Shown here piece after piece: positions 9,942-19,220 of a DNA stretch of 64,000 bases. The notes beneath the pieces are model-generated. The model was given only the letters and a program-made list of their open reading frames with translations. It was not told where the DNA came from and did no database searches. Position numbers and translations under genes: made by a program. This stretch comes from an uncultured delta proteobacterium. Lineage in GTDB: Bacteria; Myxococcota_A; Polyangia; Polyangiales; Polyangiaceae. Position 1 is the stretch's first letter. Each line of letters opens with the position of its first letter. The DNA lies in the NCBI GenBank assembly GCA_963850305.1, contig CAWKKR010000001.1, forward strand, positions 672,001-736,000, given 5' to 3'.

Positions 9942-10904
9942 TCAGCCCGCTGTGGCCGTCCCGTGGCTATCGAGCCAGTGAAGACACTGACGGATGGTCC
10001 CCTTCGCCAGGGCAACAGTCGTGTCGGCGGCACCGTAGTAGAGGTTGATCGTGTCGCCGTCGGCGCCAATCGTGTAGCCGCAGGGGAACGCGACCTTGCC
10101 GACGTCGCCCTGCAGCTCGTAGCCCGCCTCCGGCCCGAAGACCCACTCGTCACCGCGCGTGATGCAGACATCCGGCCTCTCGAGGTCGAAGAGCGCGAGC
10201 CCGAGACGATAAAGGGCGCCCGCCGCCGTATTTCGCACGCCGTGGTAGATCATGAGCCAACCGCGCGGTGTCTCGATGAGTGGGGGTGATAGTCCGACCT
10301 TGTTGGCGTCCCACCACCCGCCTCGGCGCGCCTGGAGCATGAGCTTGTGCCCACCCCAGTTCCGCAAATCCGGCGAGAAAGAGATCCAGACGTCCGCTCC
10401 CGAGTGGGCGACGGGACGGTGAATCAGCGCGAAATTGCCGTCGATCCGGCGTGGAAGGAGTGCCGCGTCCTTGTCGTCCGGTTGCATGATGAGGCCGCAA
10501 CGCTCGAATTTCCGGAAGTCCTCCGTGAGCGCGAGGGCTACGCCTGGTCCTCCTCGGCTGAAGGCCGTGTACGCGACCGCGTACTTACCGAGCTCCTCGA
10601 CGAACGTGATCCTCGGATCCTCGATGCCCCAGAGCTCCTCCGGATATTTGTCGGGCTCGCCGCACAGCGTCGGCTCCTCGTCCACGATCCATCCGTCGAC
10701 GCCGTTCGGCGAACGCGCCGCGCACAGGTGTGAGTGCCCGCGGCGATCCTCGACGCGGCAGAGTAGCAACGTCGTGCCGTCGGCGAGCTTCGTGGCGCCC
10801 GCGTTGAAGACCGTGTGCGCCGGGTACGGCCAGTCCGCGGCGCTCAAAATTGGGTTCTTGTCGTACCGCTGGAACAGCGTTTCGTAACCGCGTCTTGGGA
10901 GCAT
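9942..10904 (-). CDS. GH130-like glycosidase/phosphorylase
   Basis: NPIL, VFNAGA, GIEDPRIT, DKDAAL, YHGV, YYGAAD. Confidence 0.88.
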   Translation of the reverse strand: MLPRRGYETLFQRYDKNPILSAADWPYPAHTVFNAGATKLADGTTLLLCRVEDRRGHSHLCAARSPNGVDGWIVDEEPTLCGEPDKYPEELWGIEDPRITFVEELGKYAVAYTAFSRGGPGVALALTEDFRKFERCGLIMQPDDKDAALLPRRIDGNFALIHRPVAHSGADVWISFSPDLRNWGGHKLMLQARRGGWWDANKVGLSPPLIETPRGWLMIYHGVRNTAAGALYRLGLALFDLERPDVCITRGDEWVFGPEAGYELQGDVGKVAFPCGYTIGADGDTINLYYGAADTTVALAKGTIRQCLHWLDSHGTATAG

Positions 10905-10918
10905 GTTGTCGTGATTTC

Positions 10919-13231
10919 CTAATCCGCTCGAGGTGCAAGTCCGGCTGCAGGTCGACCGGGGACCCCGTGCTCGGTACCCGACTTCGATGCGGATCTTCCC
11001 GACGCGACGAAGTCCGTTACCCGATCAGCGGCGCGCATCTCAAAGAGCGCTAGCAGAAAGGCCAGGGTCGACTCTGCGCCCTGGTTCTCGTTGACGGTGG
11101 TCTCGTGGAGCCCATCGCGGCAGCCACCGGTCGTCGCGTCGTAGAGCGCCTGCTGGATCTGGTTCTGACCGAGGTACCAGCTGAAGGCGCGTCGCGCGTG
11201 TCTCGTCCAGCGTGCATCCATCGTCAAGCGGCCGGCCTCGAGGCACGCCGAAATCATCCCCGAGGCCTCGACGGGCTGCTGATCGAAGGCGGCCCTCGGC
11301 CCTCCTTTGACGTAGAACCCGTTCGAGCCGACGGGAGCAAAGTATCCTTCCCCGGAAATCTGAAGGGAAGCTAGCCACTCGAGGGACCTCAATCCGACCG
11401 CGACCATGTCTTCGCGATCCATGCGAGCTCCCGACACGAGGAGCGCATGCGACAGAACTGCGTTGCAGTACGTCAAGCGATCCTCGAACCACGGCCATTC
11501 GCGATCGCTCGCGCGGTGAAAGAGATCGAGCAACCGCTCCGCGAGCGTCTTCCGCACCGCCTGGACGCTGGTGTCGCCCTTGAACGCGCGGAGATATTCG
11601 TCGATGCCGATGAGGCTGAACGCCCAGGCTCGCGGGCTGGTGAAGGCGAGAACGGCTGGCAACGCTTCGTGAAAGAGATGGCCGGCGAGACTCTGTCGCC
11701 CAGGGTCCCCGGACCGCCCGACGACGGTTCCGAGCGCCCAGAGAGCGCGGCCGTGACTGTCTTCGGAACCGCACGCCTCGAGCCACTCGCGCGAGTACGA
11801 CATGAAATTCCGGAACCGTCCGATGGGCCCGTTCCAGGCGTGCTCGACGAACGCGAGATAGCGTGACTCGAGAGCACGAACGAGCTTCCGATCCTCGATC
11901 CCTCCGTCGTCGACCAGCGCCATGACCACGAGCGCGCGGGCGTTGTCGTCGAGGCAATAACCGTCGTCGTACCGGGGCACGTTGAACGCGGCGTGCTGCA
12001 AGAGCCCGGTGTGGTCCGTCATGAGCTGCAGGTGCTCGAGATTCGTTTCCGGGAGCTCGGCGGGGCGGCTCGCGAGCGTCTTTGCTTGAAATACCGTGCG
12101 CAGCCGCTCCGCGTGCTCGTTTCTGGCGCGCTCGAAGCTACGCACGTAGCTCCGAGCCACGGCGGGCCAGAACATGTCACGCCCGTAGGCTGCCGCGCGC
12201 TCGCACAATGCACGTCGCTTTGCGTCGTTTCCGAGCAGGTCGACGACCGCGCTTGCGATCGCTCCTGGGTCTCGCCACGGAACGAGAACGCCCCGATCGT
12301 CGGCGAGGAGCTCCCGCGCATACCAGTACGGCGTGGAGATGACGGCTTTGCCCGACCCGATGGCGTACGCAAGCGTCCCCGACGTGATCTGCTCGGCCTT
12401 GAGGTACGGCGTCACGTAGATGTCGGCGGCGGAAAGGAACTCGGTCAGCTCGGCTTGGCTCACGAAGCGGTTGTAGAAGATCATGCTCGCGTCCACTCCG
12501 AGCCGCTGCGCGCGGTTCTCGAGCATGAGTCGATAGGTCTCGCCGTGCCGTTCCTTCACGTGTGGATGCGTCGCGCCGAGGACGATGTAAATCGTGTTCG
12601 GAAACCGTTCGAGGATGTGCGGGAGGGCGTCGATGACGTGCTCGATGCCCTTGTCCGGCGACAGCAAGCCGAAGGTGAGAATGACCTGCTTGCCCTCGAC
12701 CCCGAGCCTGTCCTTGCTGAGAAGAGCGGACGGAAGTCGTGGGATCCCGTGCGGGATCAGGTCGATCTTCTCGCCGGGGACCCCATGCGTTTGCCGCAAT
12801 AGTTCGGCGCCGTGCTCGCTCATCACGACGATCCGCTCGGACAAATCGGTGAGCTCGTCCATCGCGGCACCCTGAGCGGCGTTCGGCTCGGCAAGGATCG
12901 TATGCAACGTCGTGACGATCGGCATGCGCAGCTCGCGAAGGAGCGCGAGGACGTGGCTCCCTCCCTTGCCGCCGAAGATCCCGTATTCGTGCTGTACGGA
13001 CAGGACGTCGACCGTGTTCACGTTCAGGAAATCCGCCGCTCGCCGGTAGGACCCGAGATCACTCTCCGCGATCTCGAAGCGAACCCGCGACGGATAGGCG
13101 TGGCGCCTCCCCGCATCGTTCATCGCGAGCACGAAGCAATCGATTCCCGGAACCTCCGAGCTGATCGCCTCGCTCAGATCCGTCGTGAAGGTGGCAATCC
13201 CGCACTGCCTCGGCGCGTGATTGCCGAGCAT
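10919..13231 (-). CDS. GT4 glycosyltransferase with C-terminal helical extension
   Basis: PRQCGIATFT, QHEYGIFGG, FGLLSPDKG, QITSGTL, YCLDDNARAL, FDQQP, NQGAES; true start may be slightly upstream. Confidence 0.9.
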   Translation of the reverse strand: MLGNHAPRQCGIATFTTDLSEAISSEVPGIDCFVLAMNDAGRRHAYPSRVRFEIAESDLGSYRRAADFLNVNTVDVLSVQHEYGIFGGKGGSHVLALLRELRMPIVTTLHTILAEPNAAQGAAMDELTDLSERIVVMSEHGAELLRQTHGVPGEKIDLIPHGIPRLPSALLSKDRLGVEGKQVILTFGLLSPDKGIEHVIDALPHILERFPNTIYIVLGATHPHVKERHGETYRLMLENRAQRLGVDASMIFYNRFVSQAELTEFLSAADIYVTPYLKAEQITSGTLAYAIGSGKAVISTPYWYARELLADDRGVLVPWRDPGAIASAVVDLLGNDAKRRALCERAAAYGRDMFWPAVARSYVRSFERARNEHAERLRTVFQAKTLASRPAELPETNLEHLQLMTDHTGLLQHAAFNVPRYDDGYCLDDNARALVVMALVDDGGIEDRKLVRALESRYLAFVEHAWNGPIGRFRNFMSYSREWLEACGSEDSHGRALWALGTVVGRSGDPGRQSLAGHLFHEALPAVLAFTSPRAWAFSLIGIDEYLRAFKGDTSVQAVRKTLAERLLDLFHRASDREWPWFEDRLTYCNAVLSHALLVSGARMDREDMVAVGLRSLEWLASLQISGEGYFAPVGSNGFYVKGGPRAAFDQQPVEASGMISACLEAGRLTMDARWTRHARRAFSWYLGQNQIQQALYDATTGGCRDGLHETTVNENQGAESTLAFLLALFEMRAADRVTDFVASGRSASKSGTEHGVPGRPAAGLAPRAD

Positions 13232-13309
13232 CGCGATCTTGCGGATCGCTCCACTTTCCGAGCGAATTGCTCCGGTCGTGTCGATTTGTTTTCCGAGCCG
13301 AGCGTGCCT

Positions 13310-13594
13310 TCAACAGAGTGCGCGCGCGGCCGGCACGCTCGACGACCGAATCACGGAGGCTGCACTATGCACTCTCGGAGACCGACGCGCAACGCGCGTC
13401 GTCCCCGCGGCTCGAGACCGGCCGGTGCGATGAAGAGATGCGGGGAGGGGGCCGCACGGCGGGGGCTGCGGCACGCGCGGCGCGATCGGCGCCGGCATCG
13501 GAACTTTCGGCGGCACTTCTGCGAGGCACAAGGCCGCGAACGCGGCGACTACACAGACCGACACGACAGGAGCGAGGAGCGCGAACTTTCGCAT
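13310..13594 (-). CDS. Small putative secreted Pro-rich protein
   Basis: Signal-peptide-like N-terminus only. Confidence 0.3.
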   Translation of the reverse strand: MRKFALLAPVVSVCVVAAFAALCLAEVPPKVPMPAPIAPRVPQPPPCGPLPASLHRTGRSRAAGTTRVARRSPRVHSAASVIRSSSVPAARALC

Positions 13595-13743
13595 GATGGG
13601 ATGATAGACGCGTTTCCTCTCGACGACGAGCCGGCGAGTCCCGCAGCGTCCAGCTCGGCCTGGATGGCGAGCCTCACCAGCAGAGCCTCACACCACCCGT
13701 CGGCCCCATTCGCTCGGTGTCGCTTACGAAATGGAGGCGGGAC

Positions 13744-14000
13744 CTATCGCGACGCGTACCAGGTCCGCCAGAACGCGCACTCGGTCTTGCGGAAGTCCTG
13801 GATTATCTCGAACCCTGAATCGAACTGGAGTCTCTCGTCGTCATCGGTCGCCGTCGGCGCGAACGCGGGCCACACCGCGGGCGCATGCGAGTAGTTGGGG
13901 CTTCCGGTCTTCGCGAAGGTTGCCCAGTACGTGTTCATCGCGACACCGACTACGGCGCTGCCGCTCCCGGCATCGGGCGGCGGGAGATACGGGTCGACGC
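13744..14000 (-). pseudogene. C-terminal fragment of a type-B carboxylesterase
   Basis: MNTYWATFAKTGSPN...WPAF...CAFW; catalytic N-terminal part absent. Confidence 0.7.
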
Positions 14001-14238
14001 ATGTCGAGACTCCTGTGGGTCCCCTCCCATGGCGCGCGCAGCGCGACATCGGGGAGGGGCGGGGCTTCGAGCCCCGGGGGTGGGCAACATAACCGCTTCG
14101 CCCGGACGCTCTCGGTGCGAATCGTTTGCCGGCGAGCTCTTTTCTCGGATGAATTCGACGGTCGTTCGCCGGATCCGGCGCTACCCTCTCGCGAAATGAC
14201 CGACTCGATTTCGAGGGCTCTCCGGCGCTCCGCGCGCC

Positions 14239-14985
14239 TCACCCTCTGGAGCCGCGGGTCACGCGGTGATGCTCGAGCCCGGGCAGGATGACGCTCTCGA
14301 GCGCGTCGTCGAACGCGGCGCGCGCCATCGGTTCCGAGAGGAGCCCCATCGCGTGGAGCGCCTCGTCGGCGGGCCCGAGCGAAGCGAGCCAGACCTCGCG
14401 CGTCAGCGCAGCGAGCTCCGGGACGCGCTCTGCGATCATGCCGCGATCGCGCGCGGTCACGCCCTCCCACGCGAGGAGCGCCCAGCCGAGCCGCGCATGC
14501 CGGACCTCGTCTTTGACGTGCCGTTGGTTCATCGAGCGGACGCTCGGCAAGGTGATGGCGCCCTGGGAGGCGTCGAGGGCGTGCACTGCGACCGTCTCGC
14601 TGAAGCAGCCGCCGAACACGGTGCGGAGCAGCCGGTGATCGTGCTCGCTCGCGCCGTCGAAGGTGAGCGGCCGCGTGCCGCGGAGGCGCGCTCGCGGCTC
14701 GTCGTGTCCGAGGCGCACGGCCCAGCGCGCGCACCAGTCCGAGTGCACGTTCTCCTCCGCGACCGCGCTCGCCGCGAGGTCGAGGAGCGGAGCCGGCGCG
14801 CCCTCGACGCGAAGGTCCTCGAGCATGAACTCGAAACTCAGCGCCGTGGTGAGCTCGCCGTTCGCCCGCTCCTTCCAGTAGTCGCGCAGGCGAAGGCGCC
14901 GCGGCTCGGAGAGCCGCGAGACGGCGTCGTCGGTGTCGCGATCGCAGAACGCAGCCTCGATCGCGGCGTAATCGTCCGTCGCCAT
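14239..14985 (-). CDS. Ferritin-like (diiron) domain protein
   Basis: E...EENVH...E...DEVRH ligand pattern. Confidence 0.8.
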   Translation of the reverse strand: MATDDYAAIEAAFCDRDTDDAVSRLSEPRRLRLRDYWKERANGELTTALSFEFMLEDLRVEGAPAPLLDLAASAVAEENVHSDWCARWAVRLGHDEPRARLRGTRPLTFDGASEHDHRLLRTVFGGCFSETVAVHALDASQGAITLPSVRSMNQRHVKDEVRHARLGWALLAWEGVTARDRGMIAERVPELAALTREVWLASLGPADEALHAMGLLSEPMARAAFDDALESVILPGLEHHRVTRGSRG

Positions 14986-14991
14986 CGGCGC

Positions 14992-15555
14992 TCAGTGGAT
15001 GAGGGTGACCGCGCAGCCGCAGAGGCGCACCGACCCAGAGCACGACAGGACCCTCTGCGGCTCCAAGACCACGGCGCCGCACGCGTCGCAGGCGGTCCCG
15101 CCTTCCGGCGCGTCGGTGCACCGGCAATCCACGGCGAGGGACTTGCCCTGGTACTCGGCCGCGTCGCACTCGAGCCATTGACCGCGCGCGCAGTCGGCCG
15201 CAATGCGCGGAAGGGTGGGGTCCACGGGACAGGGCCCGTCGAGCTCGAAGCGCGACGCGGCGAAATCGCAGCCCGCCGGCATGCCGGCACAGTTCCACTG
15301 CGCGGACGCGGACGCGCCGGGTCCCGGCCCGGCGTCGATCGCCCCGCCGCTCGCCGCGGCGAAGAACCCTCCGCCGGAGCCCTGCGTCCCGCCCGCGCCT
15401 GCCGTGGAGCGCACGCCCCCGGCGCCGAGCGGAGCCGCGCCGCCCGATTCACCGTCGCCGATCCCGATCGTCCCGACGGTGGTGCCGCCGCACGCGGAGA
15501 GCGAGGCACCCGCGCCAAACACGACGAGCGTATGGAAGAAGCGGGACAGATGCAG
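14992..15555 (-). CDS. Cys-rich lipoprotein upstream of the ferritin-like gene
   Basis: Lipobox LSAC, Gly linker, Cys-rich C-terminus; a complete signal peptide needs a start at CTG 15555 (track start 15522). Confidence 0.65.
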   Translation of the reverse strand: MHLSRFFHTLVVFGAGASLSACGGTTVGTIGIGDGESGGAAPLGAGGVRSTAGAGGTQGSGGGFFAAASGGAIDAGPGPGASASAQWNCAGMPAGCDFAASRFELDGPCPVDPTLPRIAADCARGQWLECDAAEYQGKSLAVDCRCTDAPEGGTACDACGAVVLEPQRVLSCSGSVRLCGCAVTLIH

Positions 15556-16006
15556 ACCCCTGGCGCCGAAAATAGTATCTTACGACTCCGCCGCGATCCC
15601 GCCAAGAGGGGGCGGCACTCTCGATCGGTGACCGTCGAGCGAGGCTCCGGTTGGCGATGCCGGGGTCGGTTCCGGGAGCGGGTTCGGGGCGGGATCCGGG
15701 CGAGCGGGAGCGGGACCGCCGGAGGCGGCTCCGCTCGAGCGGGCCGTGGTTCGCCGGTTGGTTTCCGTCTCGACGCGCACGACGGTGCGTCCCGCTCCCC
15801 ATCCCGAAACCGTCTCTTCTTCAAGCTCCGTTCCCGCGCCCGTCCCCGCAACCGGCCCGACTTCCAATCGAGGCTGAGCGGGGTTCCCAGGGGAACCGTA
15901 GGTCGGGTCTCGTCAGACGCGCGGGCGTCCACCAAACGATCCGGCGCGATCCCCCCGCATGGTGCTGACGGACGCCTCACACGTCGCGACGACCCGCCCC
16001 TCGGCC

Positions 16007-16661
16007 GCGAGGACACATCCGTCGGCCGCGATAACTGGATCACGCAGCGTGAGGACGCGTCCGTCCGCCGTGAGGACACCTCCGTCCGCCGTGATAAGTG
16101 GATCACGCGCCGTGAGGACACCTCCGTCGGCCGTGATTCCCGCTTCACACAGCGTGAGGACACCTCCGTCCGCCGTGAGAAGTGGATCACGCGCCGTTGA
16201 GGACACCTCCGTCCGCCGTGATACCCGCTTCACACAGCGTGAGGACACCTCCGTCCGCCGTGATACCCGCTTCACACAGCGTGAGGACACCTCCGTCCGC
16301 CGTGAGAAGTGGATCACGCGCCGTTGAGGACACCTCCGTCGGCCGTGATAAGTGGATCGCTCACCGTGAGGACGCCTCCGTCGGCCGTGAGGACGCGTTC
16401 TCACGGCAGTGATTCCCGCTTCACGCGCCGTGAGAACACCTCCGTCCGCCGTGATTCCCGCTTCACACAGCGTGAGGACACCTCCGTCCGCCGTGAGAAG
16501 TGGATCACGCGCCGTTGAGGACACCTCCGTCGGCCGTGATTCCCGCTTCACACAGCGTGAGGACACCTCCGTCGGCCGTGATTCCCGCTTCACACAGCGT
16601 GAGGACACCTCCGTCCGCCGTGATTCCCGCTTCACACAGCGTGAGGACACCTCCGTCGGGC
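16007..16661. repeat. 21-bp-unit minisatellite (~31 units of three types)
   Basis: GTGAGGACACCTCCGTC(C/G)GCC alternates with GTGAT(T/A)CCCGCTTCACACAGC or GTGA(G/T)AAGTGGATCACGCGCC. Confidence 0.95.
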
Positions 16662-16784
16662 GCATGGATCGATCACCAGCGGCTTCTGCCCCTTCCGTAC
16701 GAGCTCCGCGGCCGTCTCGGCTTCGACGGCAAACTCCCCGGCGCCACTGCACGCATCTTCGTCGACCACCCGGACCGTGCCGAC

Positions 16785-17948
16785 TCAGGGTAGCGAGTGC
16801 TCGAGCAGGAACTGCGCGGACAGATCAATCCCGTCGATGTCGTTGTTGGGCATGCCGAGCGGGATGAGGTTCTTCGTGAGGCAGTTGGTCGGCGACTCGA
16901 CCTTCATGCCGGGGAGACAGTGCCCCATGCCTTCGACCGAGCAGAGCGTGACGCTCGAGCTCGCTGCGCACTGCGAGTACGTCTGGCAGGTTGCCTGGCC
17001 CTGCTGCAGCGTCGTCTGAGGGGAGTCGACGCAACCGTCACGGTTGGCCCATGTCGTGAAGCTGTCCTGGACGGTCAGCCCGCCGGAGAGACTGACCGTC
17101 GAGTATCCGACCAGGGGATCGGCCGTGCCGTTGATCATGTAGATGGGGATGGGCCGTGAGGGATTGCACTGATCGGGCGGGATCGTCAGCGTGCTGGCCA
17201 TCGCCGCCGCAGCCGCGAAGACATCCGACATCGTGCAGGCGAGCATTTGCGAAAGCATGCCACCGTTGGAAAAGCCGGCGGTGTAGACCCGATGGGTATC
17301 CACGCAGACCTTTGACTCGACGTCCGCGAGGAGCTCCTTTGCGAACACGGTCTCGTCGCGGTGCTTCCCGAGAACGAAATTCGTGCAACAGCTGCCGACG
17401 TCCCAGCTCTGGTCGGGGCTCCGCGGGTGGACGCTGATGGCTGCGTACGAGGCCATGGTTGCGTCGATGTGCGTGAGAGAGCGCGTTTCCTCCGGGCTCG
17501 ACCAGAGTGCGTGCCAGACGACCACGAGCGGAGCCCTCTTCCCGGGTACGACCGTGTTCGGCATCACGAGGACGTAGCCATACGTGAGTCCGTTCGCGCT
17601 GGTGATGGTGAACTCGTGGTCGCCGGGTGAAAGCGTTTGCGAGGGATCGCAGTCCGCTTCTCGTTGCGTCGAGCCTGCATCGACCGCGCCGATCGCGCCA
17701 CCGTCGCTCGTCACGCCGCCGCTGGCTCCGGCGACGTCGCCACCCAAGCCGTTCGCAGCGCCGCTTGCCGACCCGCTCGTTCCGGCGGTGGACGTCCCTG
17801 CAGTCCCACCGCCACCCTCGCCATCGGTGAACGCGCTTCCGCCCGCGCTCGACGCGGTCGATGGCGAGCCACTCGCGGCGCTGCCGCTGCCGCAGGCGGT
17901 CGCGAGCAGCGCCGTCGATACGATGAAGGATCTGACTAGCGCGGACAT
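16785..17948 (-). CDS. PHB-depolymerase-family (LpqC-like) esterase lipoprotein
   Basis: Lipobox ATAC, GFSNGG, INGTADPLV, GMGH; start at MSALVRS. Confidence 0.85.
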   Translation of the reverse strand: MSALVRSFIVSTALLATACGSGSAASGSPSTASSAGGSAFTDGEGGGGTAGTSTAGTSGSASGAANGLGGDVAGASGGVTSDGGAIGAVDAGSTQREADCDPSQTLSPGDHEFTITSANGLTYGYVLVMPNTVVPGKRAPLVVVWHALWSSPEETRSLTHIDATMASYAAISVHPRSPDQSWDVGSCCTNFVLGKHRDETVFAKELLADVESKVCVDTHRVYTAGFSNGGMLSQMLACTMSDVFAAAAAMASTLTIPPDQCNPSRPIPIYMINGTADPLVGYSTVSLSGGLTVQDSFTTWANRDGCVDSPQTTLQQGQATCQTYSQCAASSSVTLCSVEGMGHCLPGMKVESPTNCLTKNLIPLGMPNNDIDGIDLSAQFLLEHSLP

Positions 17949-17950
17949 GC

Positions 17951-18931
17951 TCACCGCGAGGACGCGAGGCGGAGCACTTCCGAGTAGCCGGGTGGCGCGC
18001 CGATGAGCCCCTTCTCGCGGAGCATGCGGTGCATCAACGGCAGCCGGTAGAAGGGGACCGCGGCCAGGAGGTGATGCTCGATGTGATAGTTCACGCGGTT
18101 CGGCGCCACCGTGAGTCGGAGGAGGAGGCCCGCGCGAGTCGTACGCGTGTTTTCGAGGACGTCGGGACTCCTCTTCACGCAGCCGTGCTCGGCGATCGAC
18201 CGGATGCGCACGAACAGCGGGTGGGGCGTGAAAAAGGCGAGCACCCAGAGGCCATAGAGCCCGGCGTGGCCACACGCGGCGAGAACGCCAAGGAGAACCG
18301 CGTTCGTGAACAGCATGCCGGAGGCGTTCCGGAAGAAGGCAGCAGGATAGCTGTACAAGGTCCGTCCCGCCTGAGGCAGCCGCTCGACGTCATTGGAAAC
18401 CGTCCAGCGGATCACTTCCGCGTCCATGAGCACGAACGCAGCGAGCGTCTTGAGACCGGTGATGCCCACGAGGTCCCGGACGAGCTTTCTGCGCATGGAT
18501 GCCCGGGTCGTGGGGAAGCCCGCGTGGAGCGTAATGTCCGGGTCCATGTCGGTTCCGGCTTTGCCGTGGTGTCGAAGGTGGTGCGCGCGGTACTTCCCGA
18601 GGTGTTGCCAGACGGGGCGCGCACAGACGTAGTCCGTCAGTACATCGTTGAGCCACCGCGTCCGGAACAGCGTGCGGTGAGAGCCCTCGTGCTGGAGGAT
18701 CGCGAGCCCGAGCTGCCTTCCGGCAATGATCGAGAGCGCCACGACGAACGTGAGCGGCCCCGGCGCCTTCGCCACGAGCACGAAGGCCAGGGCGATGAGC
18801 CCCCAGTTTCCGAGGATTGCCAGGGCGCCCCTCAGATCGGAGCGCTCGGCGAGCCTGCTGATCTCCTCCCTCGAGAGGAACTCACTGAGCTTTCGGGTCG
18901 ATGCCTGTTCGGTGAACGTTGAGTCCGTCAT
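17951..18931 (-). CDS. Membrane fatty acid desaturase family protein
   Basis: His boxes HEGSH, HHLRHH, HIEHH. Confidence 0.9.
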   Translation of the reverse strand: MTDSTFTEQASTRKLSEFLSREEISRLAERSDLRGALAILGNWGLIALAFVLVAKAPGPLTFVVALSIIAGRQLGLAILQHEGSHRTLFRTRWLNDVLTDYVCARPVWQHLGKYRAHHLRHHGKAGTDMDPDITLHAGFPTTRASMRRKLVRDLVGITGLKTLAAFVLMDAEVIRWTVSNDVERLPQAGRTLYSYPAAFFRNASGMLFTNAVLLGVLAACGHAGLYGLWVLAFFTPHPLFVRIRSIAEHGCVKRSPDVLENTRTTRAGLLLRLTVAPNRVNYHIEHHLLAAVPFYRLPLMHRMLREKGLIGAPPGYSEVLRLASSR

Positions 18932-18968
18932 GGTTTGCTTCCAACTGGGCGCGCCAGACGCCTGTCGG

Positions 18969-18999
18969 AATGGTATACGTGACGTATACGTTGCGTCAA
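18969..18999 (-). promoter_or_regulatory. Sigma70-like promoter overlapped by a perfect 17-bp palindrome (candidate repressor operator)
   Basis: Minus strand TTGACG-N18-TACCAT; GTATACGT-G-ACGTATAC at 18973-18989. Confidence 0.6.
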
Positions 19000-19220
19000 G
19001 GGATGTCCACGCCCACCTCGTCTCGCCGCGCTGCGCCGCGCGAGATTGCCGTTTATCGACGCGGCCTTGTGCTCAGCGCCGTGGTTTCGACGGGTTCGTT
19101 TCGACATGACGGAGCTCTTGGCCGTGTGCGTCGCACGGCGGCTGGAACGTCACGTCCCGGGAGCGGCAGGACACGGCCAGTATACTGGCCGCATATCTCG
19201 GCCGCGGCGGATCGGGTAGA

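Noticed and set aside
14000..14235. Group II intron end or structured RNA
   Set aside because: No domain V consensus recognisable
15640..15870. Purine/pyrimidine-skewed simple repeats
   Set aside because: Too degenerate to define a unit or function
16007..16661. CRISPR array
   Set aside because: The intervening units are themselves repeated (two types) and only 21 bp; no unique spacers
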